This document shows, one piece after another, positions 8,479 to 16,510 of a DNA stretch of 64,000 nucleotides (the stretch's first letter is position 1; each line of letters begins with the position of its first letter). The notes under the pieces are model-generated. The model had not been told where the DNA came from. It did not search any database and saw only the letters and a program-made list of their open reading frames with translations. This stretch comes from a virus (lineage: Duplodnaviria > Caudoviricetes), in IMG/VR virus record IMGVR_UViG_2596583600_000002, positions 1 to 64,000 of that record, one strand, 5' to 3'. A program made the position numbers and the translations under genes.

Positions 8479-8882
8479 TTTCGGCGCACCTTCCGCGACC
8501 GGCGTGATCGCACTGCAGCGCGCTCATCGCGATCGCACGGATCGAACCATTCGGCCTCGCCCCGGCCAACGCGCTGGAGAAATTCCGCCGCCTCGCGAAA
8601 GCCAGATTGGCCATCCAGCGACACAAGATCGAGGTGCGGCACGGCCTGCCAGTTCTTGGCTGGCATCCGGTGGTTGGAAATCCGGATGAGCCAGGGCCGA
8701 TCCGCGCGGTCGGAAAGGTGAATATAGCGCGAGCAGGAGCCGGGATTACGGCTCGCGCGGATGCATACCAGCGTCAGGCGGCAGTCTGCCGCCGCCTCGC
8801 CCAGCTTGAGCGCCAGATTGAGGATGTCGGTGGGCGTTGCGGCTGGTTTGCCCGCTCCGCATCCGGTTACGAGGCGAAGCAT
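8475..8882 (-). CDS. Hypothetical protein
   Basis: Coupled to terL by ATGA overlap; SRY...IRISNH motif. Confidence 0.6.
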   Translation of the reverse strand: MLRLVTGCGAGKPAATPTDILNLALKLGEAAADCRLTLVCIRASRNPGSCSRYIHLSDRADRPWLIRISNHRMPAKNWQAVPHLDLVSLDGQSGFREAAEFLQRVGRGEAEWFDPCDRDERAAVRSRRSRKVRRK

Positions 8883-8884
8883 GG

Positions 8885-9130
8885 TCACAGACCCATGCCT
8901 TTCAGCCGGGCGATGCCGACGACCTGACAGGCGAGTGCCGATCCCGTATAGCCGCCCACCTGATAGCGGGGGATGGGGCTGTCCCCCAACCGGAACTGCT
9001 GCACCCTGACGCCAGCACGAGCGAGATAATCCAGGGCAGCCTTCAGGCGGCGCGGCGGCACCGCGTCGGCGCTGAAGCCCGCGATCGGCGTTTCGGCGAA
9101 CCTGTCCAGGGCGGCGAACAAATCCGTCAC
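8885..9130 (-). CDS. Hypothetical protein
   Basis: GTGA overlap with the terS stop. Confidence 0.55.
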   Translation of the reverse strand: MTDLFAALDRFAETPIAGFSADAVPPRRLKAALDYLARAGVRVQQFRLGDSPIPRYQVGGYTGSALACQVVGIARLKGMGL

Positions 9131-9669
9131 GCCGCCAACCCCAGCAGCTTGGCCTTGATGCGGTCGATGGCGGCTTCGGATGCCCCGGCGTCCCGTGCGG
9201 CTTCCACCGCATCGTCGGCGGCCTTGCGCCGAGCTTCCTTGGCCGCTTCCTCGCGGATGCGGGCATCGCGTTCCGCGTCGATCTTCGCCGAGGAAAGCAG
9301 TTCCTTCGTGGCCTTGGCCAGCAGATGGAAATCCTTGGCGCTGACGTCGGGGTCTTCCTCCGACGCCATGGGCAGGACCATCCGGGTGCCGATGCTGGTC
9401 AGCATGTGCACCATCAACTTGCCCTCGGCATTGTCGGTGCCGCCAAATTCCGATGCGAACGCCTCCGCGACCGAACGCACGTCGCGCTGGCGGGAAGCCA
9501 GTTCCGAATATTGCTTGGCATAGCGGCCGACGGCAGAACGCGACCGCTTATGGCCTAGTTCGGCCAGCCTCCCCACGATGTCGTCAATTGTGGCACCTGC
9601 CTCCATCGCCTGAAGGACGGCGGCCTGGACACCGTGCGGCAGCGTTTTGAGCGACGATTTGCGCCCCAT
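9127..9669 (-). CDS. terS: Terminase small subunit (DUF3486, Mu gp27-like)
   Basis: MGRKSS..LP, SRSAVGRY; position upstream of terL. Confidence 0.85.
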   Translation of the reverse strand: MGRKSSLKTLPHGVQAAVLQAMEAGATIDDIVGRLAELGHKRSRSAVGRYAKQYSELASRQRDVRSVAEAFASEFGGTDNAEGKLMVHMLTSIGTRMVLPMASEEDPDVSAKDFHLLAKATKELLSSAKIDAERDARIREEAAKEARRKAADDAVEAARDAGASEAAIDRIKAKLLGLAA

Positions 9670-9670
9670 G

Positions 9671-9970
9671 TCACCGCTTGCCCGTCTTGTGACGCCAGAT
9701 ATCCTCGACGCGAAGGCGACCTTCGGCCACCTCGCAACCGTTCGGCAGGATCGATGCGACCACATAGGGGCCGCAGTCCGTCACCTCGACAAGGTTCAGG
9801 TCATGCTGGGCGAGCCAGCGCATCTGTTCGGCCACGGCCGGGCGGGGGAAACGATGGCCCAGTCCGGTCAACAACACGGTCAGGACATCGTCATTTTCCT
9901 CGCCGCCGATGTCGTTCAGCAGATCGAGGATGGCGCGCCGCACAAGGGGCAGGATCGCTTCGGGGATCAT
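9671..9970 (-). CDS. Mu gp26-like winged-helix protein
   Basis: RRAILDLL...WLAQHDL...G.EVAEG; conserved position before terS. Confidence 0.75.
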   Translation of the reverse strand: MIPEAILPLVRRAILDLLNDIGGEENDDVLTVLLTGLGHRFPRPAVAEQMRWLAQHDLNLVEVTDCGPYVVASILPNGCEVAEGRLRVEDIWRHKTGKR

Positions 9971-10326
9971 GGCCGCAGCCCCCGGTCGACAAGGATTTTC
10001 AGATAATCGTTGGTCGTCTCAAGATGGGTGGAAAGCCCCTTGAAGGATGCCTCCATCGCACTGACCCGCTCAGCCAGATCACCCATTTCCGCCATAAGCT
10101 GGACGCGCGTCGGCGGATCGTCCCGCTCGTCCTTCAAATCCTTTATGGCGTTGGTCGTCGCGACCTGATCGACCTTGAGCTTGTCGACGGTGAGCTTCAG
10201 CGCGTCGAAATCGTCCTTCGACGGAAATTTCTGCCGCAGCCAAAGAAACCCGGCGAGCAGGATAAGAGGCGTGATCGTGGATGCGATCGGCCAGAGGTCA
10301 ATGATAAGCTGAATCCAGTCAGGCAC
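9967..10326 (-). CDS. DUF2730 / Mu gp25-like membrane-anchored coiled-coil protein
   Basis: N-terminal TM segment, coiled coil, PPT motif, synteny. Confidence 0.7.
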   Translation of the reverse strand: MPDWIQLIIDLWPIASTITPLILLAGFLWLRQKFPSKDDFDALKLTVDKLKVDQVATTNAIKDLKDERDDPPTRVQLMAEMGDLAERVSAMEASFKGLSTHLETTNDYLKILVDRGLRP

Positions 10327-10428
10327 AATAAACCCCCGACTGGCGATGATCGCAATTGGACACGGTGCCCCCATGAAACGGCGTTGAAATGCCGGTTCAC
10401 GATGGCTGAATATCGCTTGGGGTCATGG

Positions 10429-10444
10429 TGTCCCTCGGGGGACG
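10429..10444 (-). promoter_or_regulatory. Late-activator site GTCC-N6-GGAC for the leftward packaging operon
   Basis: Same dyad at 1302, 21127 and 37624. Confidence 0.65.
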
Positions 10445-10454
10445 CGAGGGCGCT

Positions 10455-10946
10455 CTATTGACCCGGCGCGGTGTCGAACATGTCGAGTTGCGCGGGATCG
10501 CGCGGGCGCGCAGGAAAGACGAAAGGCGTGGCCTTGCTGCCTTCATCCGTCTTGCTGATCAAGCGCGAAAGGTGGCGGCGCGGCATGCGCAGGATAGCCG
10601 CGCCTTCCACAACTGTCATCCGCTTAGCGCGCACCGCTGCCACAACACCAGCCCGCCGCGCCTTTTCAAGCGGCCTTCTGCCAGCAGGGATGGGCAACCG
10701 CTCGCGCTGGAAGGCATGCGTGAAAGTTGCAGCCTTATCCGCACCTATGATGTCCAGGAACGGGTTCCGGTGCGGATCGACCGGGACATAGACGTCCTGC
10801 CCTGCAAAGGCGTCGACGATGCACAAGGTTTCGTAAGCGCCGATATGAGCAGCCATTTCCAGCATGATCGGCGGCCACGCAGCATCGGCCTGCACATCTG
10901 CCGGGATGGGGAGGTCGTGGATATGGAGAGTGCGAGCGCGCGCCAT
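10455..10946 (-). CDS. mor: Mor/C-family transcription activator
   Basis: IG......IVDAFAGQDVYVP motif and C-terminal HTH; follows gemA. Confidence 0.75.
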   Translation of the reverse strand: MARARTLHIHDLPIPADVQADAAWPPIMLEMAAHIGAYETLCIVDAFAGQDVYVPVDPHRNPFLDIIGADKAATFTHAFQRERLPIPAGRRPLEKARRAGVVAAVRAKRMTVVEGAAILRMPRRHLSRLISKTDEGSKATPFVFPARPRDPAQLDMFDTAPGQ

Positions 10947-11653
10947 CAGTCGCGAACCTCCTTCCCACGGTGGCGGCGGAGCTTCCGGCCCAGCAGGCGG
11001 ATCGCCGTGTCCAGTTCGGCGGTCGTCCACATATGGCTGTTCGGGATCAGCTCCAGCGCCACCTGAAGATAATGGCTGTGGTGACCACGGATGACGCGAT
11101 CGGCGAGCAGCGGCTCGGCCAGTGCATTCAGCACGGCATGGCGGTCCGCGTGGAGATCGCTGTAACCCGGCGTGTGATCGGAAATCGTGCCCACCTCCTC
11201 AGCCGTGGGCCATTCGACGCCGCAACGCGACAGCCAGCCCTTGAGGGCTTCGATCACGCTGGCGGCCTTGCGATGGTCGAGGAACTTCAGTGCCGACACG
11301 CCCGTCTGGCGCTCGACGAAGGCCGAGATGGCGCGGTCGCCCGGTTCATCTATCGCTCCCAACCAGTAGAGGGACCACCACAGCGCCTTGATCTTGCCGA
11401 TATGGGCGCGGTGCCCCATCGGGCCTTTCCAGCCCTTGTTGAAATGGTCGAGCATCCGGCCGAGATCGCCGATCGACATATCCGACATGCTGGCCTTGCC
11501 GACCAGTTTGACCTGAATGTCCTTGCGCATGTCGTCGTCGATCCCCTGCCGCTTGCAGGCGGCGCGGACGGCGATGATCAGGCGCTGGCAGCCATATTCG
11601 GGTTTGCCCTGGCGACGTGGCTGTTCGGAATGAAGCCGACGGACTTCAGCCAT
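10946..11653 (-). CDS. gemA: GemA (DUF1018) regulatory protein
   Basis: GK.SMSDMS, KIKALW, AFVERQTGV, VIEALK. Confidence 0.88.
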   Translation of the reverse strand: MAEVRRLHSEQPRRQGKPEYGCQRLIIAVRAACKRQGIDDDMRKDIQVKLVGKASMSDMSIGDLGRMLDHFNKGWKGPMGHRAHIGKIKALWWSLYWLGAIDEPGDRAISAFVERQTGVSALKFLDHRKAASVIEALKGWLSRCGVEWPTAEEVGTISDHTPGYSDLHADRHAVLNALAEPLLADRVIRGHHSHYLQVALELIPNSHMWTTAELDTAIRLLGRKLRRHRGKEVRD

Positions 11654-11924
11654 GGAGCGCCCTCCGCTTCTCCAACTCGCCCAACAGCTTTTCGGTCGGG
11701 ACGGCCGAAAGGTCGATCGCAGCGGACGCCGGTGCAATGGCACGATCCCGACCCGGCAAGCGGACGAGGTGCCCGCGATCGATCAGCCGGTGGATGCGAT
11801 TATGGACGGGACCAGTGGATTTGCCGCCCAGGGCCACCATGATTTCCCGCATGGTGGGCGCGATGCCATGTTGCGCGTAATATTCCTGAATGAAGGTCAG
11901 GGTCCGGTGCATTTCCGGGGTCAT
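11646..11924 (-). CDS. LexA DNA-binding-domain-only protein
   Basis: LTFIQEY...G.APT.REI...G.KS...VH..I..L...G.L.R.P...RAI; no peptidase domain. Confidence 0.85.
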   Translation of the reverse strand: MTPEMHRTLTFIQEYYAQHGIAPTMREIMVALGGKSTGPVHNRIHRLIDRGHLVRLPGRDRAIAPASAAIDLSAVPTEKLLGELEKRRALHG

Positions 11925-12108
11925 ATGATTTCGTCCTGTCCAGGGTTCTTGGCCGCATGAAGCTGGCGCAGAAGATCATTCAGCGCCCAGCTATTGGAGA
12001 CCTCGAATTCCACCTTCACGATGGTGCTTTTCGGGCGCGAGACCGTGGCGAAGGATTTGACCTTCGTGTGCGGGCGGTCCGCCGAGATGAAATAGGAGTC
12101 GTCGCCCA

Positions 12109-12363
12109 TCACTGGATGCTCCTGGCGACGGGTTGATCCTGCAGCGTTGCGGCATGAACCATGTCGGCAAGCAGTCCCGCGACATAGTCGATCTCGTCGC
12201 CATCTAGGCGGACGCATAGGCCTTCACCGTCGCGTGTGATGGCGATGGTCAACGAGCCTTCGTCGGCGGAAAAGGCGATACCGCTTTGGCCCTGTGGCGC
12301 GAGGGCTGTGCCCACTTTCGTCTCGAAGCCGCTCGCAATTATCTGCTTCATAGGTTTAGTCAT
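12109..12363 (-). CDS. Hypothetical early protein
   Basis: Coupled ORF in the early operon. Confidence 0.5.
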   Translation of the reverse strand: MTKPMKQIIASGFETKVGTALAPQGQSGIAFSADEGSLTIAITRDGEGLCVRLDGDEIDYVAGLLADMVHAATLQDQPVARSIQ

Positions 12364-12546
12364 GCGGTTGTCCTTGGAAATGCTTGTGAAAATGGACGGC
12401 GAGTTCACGCATGCGCTGCGGATCGGCGAGGTCGGGAATGTCGAGGACTTCCTGCAGCGCTTCGACGGGGCGGGTCTGGTCGCGCGCTGTCGTCATGGCG
12501 AAGCGGATCGGCTGGGGCGTGTCGGCCGCTATGATGTAGACGCGGA

Positions 12547-12882
12547 TCATGATCGACCGCACCTTTCGGGATGGTGCGCCGACAGAGCCGCCAGCAGGTT
12601 TGCCGATGCGATCTGTGCGTCGTCGACCCACAGATCGGGATTGGCGGCGACGTTGATGCCGCTGGGCGCGACGTCATAGTGCCGGGACGGCGACTGGATC
12701 ACCATGTCGCGGTTGTCGTGGAGCCAGACGCGGATTTGCGCCTGCCTGCGCGCGCTGGGGCGAAGCGCTCCCTTCTGCCATTTGCCAAGGAACCCGGAAT
12801 CTCTGGCGACAGTTTCGCCAAATGCCCCCCGGCTCATGCCGGAGCGGGCGAGGAAGGCATGGATTTCCTCCAGCAGCGTCAT
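12547..12882 (-). CDS. Cro-like HTH protein
   Basis: LLEEIHAFL..SGMS...FG..VARD, similar to 782-976. Confidence 0.7.
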   Translation of the reverse strand: MTLLEEIHAFLARSGMSRGAFGETVARDSGFLGKWQKGALRPSARRQAQIRVWLHDNRDMVIQSPSRHYDVAPSGINVAANPDLWVDDAQIASANLLAALSAHHPERCGRS

Positions 12883-13079
12883 GCGACCTTCCTTCCCCCG
12901 TGGCGGTTCCATTGTTCGATGGCGACGGCGTCATTCCGTTCGAAATCTTCGATCGCCAGACCTTGCGCGCCGCAGGCGACACGGGCGCAGGTCACCTGCG
13001 TGATGACCGTGCCCTCCCGCGTTTCGCGCGCGCGGATGACAGGCACCCGCCCGCAACTGCATCGTTCGGCCCGCATCAT
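12879..13079 (-). CDS. Small Cys-rich (Lar-like zinc finger) protein
   Basis: CSCG...C...CG...AIEQWN. Confidence 0.55.
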   Translation of the reverse strand: MMRAERCSCGRVPVIRARETREGTVITQVTCARVACGAQGLAIEDFERNDAVAIEQWNRHGGRKVA

Positions 13080-13272
13080 GACATTGCCGCCAGTTCGGCG
13101 TGGAGCCGTGCGAGCTTCTGTTCGCAGTTCCGGATTTGATAAGGCAGGCGGTGGCGACGAAGGGTCCGCTGCTTGAGGAGCCGGCCATATTCGTCGAGTT
13201 CCTCGCCGGTGAGGCTGCGCTCACCGGATTTCGCCTCGATCTCGTCGATACGTCGCAAGAGGATGGCTGGTT

Positions 13273-13524
13273 TCACTGCGCCGCCTCCATGAGTTTGACA
13301 GTGGCATTGCCCCGCCAGCGGTCGAGCAGGACAGCGCCAGCCGAATAGGAGCAGCTTGCCGTGATGCCCGCCACGCGCAAGGTGTTGGGGTCGCCGCGCC
13401 GGAAATGGGCGCGGTGATTGCCAACCAGCGCGGCAATGATGTCCGCCGCATCCGAACCGTTTCTGATCTCTTCCAGGACAAAGGCCATTGCATCCTGAAG
13501 CCGGGCGCGCATCGTGGGCGTCAT
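13273..13524 (-). CDS. Hypothetical early protein
   Basis: ATGA overlap with gam. Confidence 0.55.
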   Translation of the reverse strand: MTPTMRARLQDAMAFVLEEIRNGSDAADIIAALVGNHRAHFRRGDPNTLRVAGITASCSYSAGAVLLDRWRGNATVKLMEAAQ

Positions 13525-14081
13525 TCCGCAGCCTCCTCGACAGATACCAGTTCCGGATCGACGGCTTTCTTTTCCGCGCGGTCGATAAAGAATTCTTCGG
13601 TCTGATGGTTGCGGGCACCCAGCCAGAGCAGAAGCTGCCCCAGTTCATCGCCCTTGCTGATCGCGGCGATGCATGCCTGTTTGTCGAGCTTCGTGGTGAT
13701 GCGGAGTAGTTCGGCCATGCCGAGGTCCGCCAGTTGTTCGACCAGTTGCTCTGCCTTCAGCCCGTCATGCTTGAGCGAGGGCGTCGACATGCGGTTGCCG
13801 ATCTTGCAGCCCGCCAGTGCCACCGACTTGGTTTTCCCGTCCGTCATGGAAGGTGCGGCGACCGCCCACCATGCGCGCAGCCGGATGAACAGGTCTTTCA
13901 TCCGCTGATTGAGCGGGGCGGCGAATTCGTCATGCGCGGCCTTGATCCGGGCAATGGAACTTTCGCCATCGAGCCGCAGCTCATCCAGCTTGTCGAGCAG
14001 ATCGCGATATTCGGCGATGACCGCGACCGCTTCCTCTACGGTCTGCGGGGCTTCCAATGCGGGAGCCTTCTTCCTTGCCAT
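13521..14081 (-). CDS. gam: Gam-like host-nuclease inhibitor
   Basis: Coiled coil, KS..L..CKIG.R.S.PSL, LDKQA, EEFFI. Confidence 0.85.
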   Translation of the reverse strand: MARKKAPALEAPQTVEEAVAVIAEYRDLLDKLDELRLDGESSIARIKAAHDEFAAPLNQRMKDLFIRLRAWWAVAAPSMTDGKTKSVALAGCKIGNRMSTPSLKHDGLKAEQLVEQLADLGMAELLRITTKLDKQACIAAISKGDELGQLLLWLGARNHQTEEFFIDRAEKKAVDPELVSVEEAAE

Positions 14082-14438
14082 TAGTGGTTTCCTTCCGTGG
14101 TAATGCCGGGTGTGAGTGGCGACATGAGGGGGATGGCTGTCTGACAACGGGCGCATTCGGCCATGATCCGGCCGACCAGCCAGTTGCTGCCGCCGCAGCC
14201 GGGGCAGGTGTTGGTTTCGGTCTGGCGATAGAGGACCACATGGCCGCGCTCGCCGGGCAGCGCGCGATAATCGGTGCGGGGCGGCGTCATGGCAGCACCG
14301 CCATGATGCCGATGCCCAGCACGAGCAGCGGGACGAAGATCAGCGCCGCCTGGCGCAGGACGATGTCCATTTCGACCGTGCCGATCTGCACCTCGCTGTC
14401 GGAAAACCAGCGGTGCGCGAGCGCGTAGAGGCGGGACA

Positions 14439-14819
14439 TCATGCGTCGCCTCCATCGCTGTTGTTGGGGCAGGCCGGGCAGGCGGCGGCATATTGATGAT
14501 GGATCTGATTGCGCGGCGGTCCCTTGCGGCGGCGGTTCCGCATGCAACTGGAGAGCGGGATCGGGCCGAACAGCGGACAGGTGACGTCTTCCGCGCCGTA
14601 GGTGGCGCGAACCAGCCGCTCGGCCTCTGGATAGCTGCCCGCATAGCTGCGGTTGATGATGCGGCTGATGTAGCCGCTGGATTTGCCCAGTCGCTCGCCG
14701 ACGACGCGCTGGTTGTCGGTGTCGCAGGCGCTGGCCAGCAGGCGCACCCATGCGGGCATATCCTCGCCCCACGCGACGGCCGCGCGTTCGAGGTTCGTTG
14801 CGCTAACATTAAGAGACAT
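14439..14819 (-). CDS. Transcriptional regulator (HTH + Cys motif)
   Basis: HTH, YPE, V.CP..G.I...C...C..CP. Confidence 0.75.
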   Translation of the reverse strand: MSLNVSATNLERAAVAWGEDMPAWVRLLASACDTDNQRVVGERLGKSSGYISRIINRSYAGSYPEAERLVRATYGAEDVTCPLFGPIPLSSCMRNRRRKGPPRNQIHHQYAAACPACPNNSDGGDA

Positions 14820-15411
14820 GGTGAATCTCCGCGGCTAAAAATTTTTGGGTCGGAGACAGGGGGAAGCGTTCACCGCTGTTGCGGTCGATGAGGGCCACCA
14901 CGGTGCGGCGGCGGTCATATTCGACCGATGGGTGTTTCGAGCCGGATGGACGGCCCAGCCTCCAGTGCGGCTGTTCGCCATCGCCGCGATCTGTGCGGAC
15001 GAGATAGCCAGCGCGCGTGAGCTGGTTGAGGAAGTTCCGTGCGGGTCTGCGATCGACGCTGGCGGCCATGCAGAGTTCGACAAGGTCAAATGATCGCATC
15101 ACGCGGATGGCCGACCAGATGCGCTGCCGCGTCGAGCGCGGTTTCGGTTCGCGCGGGACCGCCCCCACGGTCGGCGGGTTGCGGAAGGCTTTCGCCTTCT
15201 GATGCATGATATAGCTCTCCGGTTTGTCGATCCGCTCAATCAGACCGGCCCCGCGCCAGCGATTGAGCAGTTCAAGAATGTCGCCGAGCGGCAATGTCGG
15301 GCCGTCGCTGCACACAATGTCAGCGATGGACAGAGGAGCCTGGGCGAAGCGAAGCAGGGTCCAGGCCGCCAGTTTCGGATTGTGCATGCGCGTGACGGTG
15401 ACGAAGTTCAC
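14809..15411 (-). CDS. Winged-helix DNA-binding early protein
   Basis: QRIWSAIRVMRSF...L.RAGYL; follows MuB. Confidence 0.7.
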   Translation of the reverse strand: MNFVTVTRMHNPKLAAWTLLRFAQAPLSIADIVCSDGPTLPLGDILELLNRWRGAGLIERIDKPESYIMHQKAKAFRNPPTVGAVPREPKPRSTRQRIWSAIRVMRSFDLVELCMAASVDRRPARNFLNQLTRAGYLVRTDRGDGEQPHWRLGRPSGSKHPSVEYDRRRTVVALIDRNSGERFPLSPTQKFLAAEIHHVS

Positions 15412-15698
15412 GGACGGCCCCCGCGATCCAGCGCATGAGCCAGCTCACCCGCGATGTGGACCATCCGATCCTTTTCTCGGACCTCATCGGGTGAGGCCGT
15501 TCCGTGCATGGCGCGTCCGCAGAGATGGAGCGCCTCGCCTGCGATCTTGCGATGCAGGATCGTCATGTCTTCGCGGCTCAGTATCAGGGCGAAGATTTCT
15601 TCGCCGCGTTGCTCGGCTTCACGAAGAGCCTTGCCCAGGTCGCGTTCGAGCTTTGCCTTGACCGGCGGCTGCATCGGGTTGGGAAACCGGGCCGTCAT
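15408..15698 (-). CDS. Hypothetical protein
   Basis: Coupled ORF. Confidence 0.55.
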   Translation of the reverse strand: MTARFPNPMQPPVKAKLERDLGKALREAEQRGEEIFALILSREDMTILHRKIAGEALHLCGRAMHGTASPDEVREKDRMVHIAGELAHALDRGGRP

Positions 15699-16510
15699 GC
15701 GATTTCCCTCCGACGGACGGGAACGTCGCCATTCGCCACCGGGCGGCTGCCCCACCATGCGGCGTCGACTTCGGCCACGCCTTCTTCAGCGGCGAGGCGC
15801 TGGGCCGCGCGCAGGTTCGTGACGATGCGGCGGGTGATGCCCTTGCAGCGCTGCCGGAACATGTCGGCAAGATCGTCGGCGACGGCCACCCTTGTGCAAT
15901 AATGGTCCCTCAACTTGAGAGTGTCGGCCGGGGAGGCCGGTTGTGCGGGGGTGGCGATCAGGATGCGGTTATCGAACCGCTCCCATTCCTTCAGCTTCAC
16001 CGGCAGCGCTTCTTCCCCGATCATCAGGATGGGGATCGACGTCGCGTCGTGAATGTCGCGGATGATCTCGACCGAGCGTTTCTGGACCAGATGGTCCATT
16101 TCGTCGATGATGATGGGGCGCGGTTCGTGGTTGAGTTGGTCTATGACCTGCCGCAGCAACCGGGCCACGGTTCGTTCCGGGCGGGTGATGCCCAGTTCTT
16201 CAGCCAGGGCTTCGAGCAATGAGCGTTGCGACCAGACAGACTGGGCGACGACATAGGCCGCCCCGGTGCGCGCCGCCGTGAAGGCGGCCGCGACCGTCTT
16301 GCCGTATCCGGAAAAGCCATAGAACAGGCCCATGCGGGGGGCTTCCTGCCCGGCGTCCTGACAGTCCAGCATGGTGCGGAGCGCCAGCGCCATATTGGTC
16401 AACTGGGCGCGCCCGGCGGGCGTATCTCCCAAATCAAGCCGTGGCTGGGTGGCAAAGTGGTTCATCGGCGTTTCCTCCGTTGTGAATGGCTGTTGAAAGG
16501 CGGTTGTCAT
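15695..16510 (-). CDS. MuB-like AAA ATPase (transposition B)
   Basis: Walker A GFSGYGKT, Walker B IIIDEMD; adjacent to the transposase. Confidence 0.93.
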   Translation of the reverse strand: MTTAFQQPFTTEETPMNHFATQPRLDLGDTPAGRAQLTNMALALRTMLDCQDAGQEAPRMGLFYGFSGYGKTVAAAFTAARTGAAYVVAQSVWSQRSLLEALAEELGITRPERTVARLLRQVIDQLNHEPRPIIIDEMDHLVQKRSVEIIRDIHDATSIPILMIGEEALPVKLKEWERFDNRILIATPAQPASPADTLKLRDHYCTRVAVADDLADMFRQRCKGITRRIVTNLRAAQRLAAEEGVAEVDAAWWGSRPVANGDVPVRRREIA

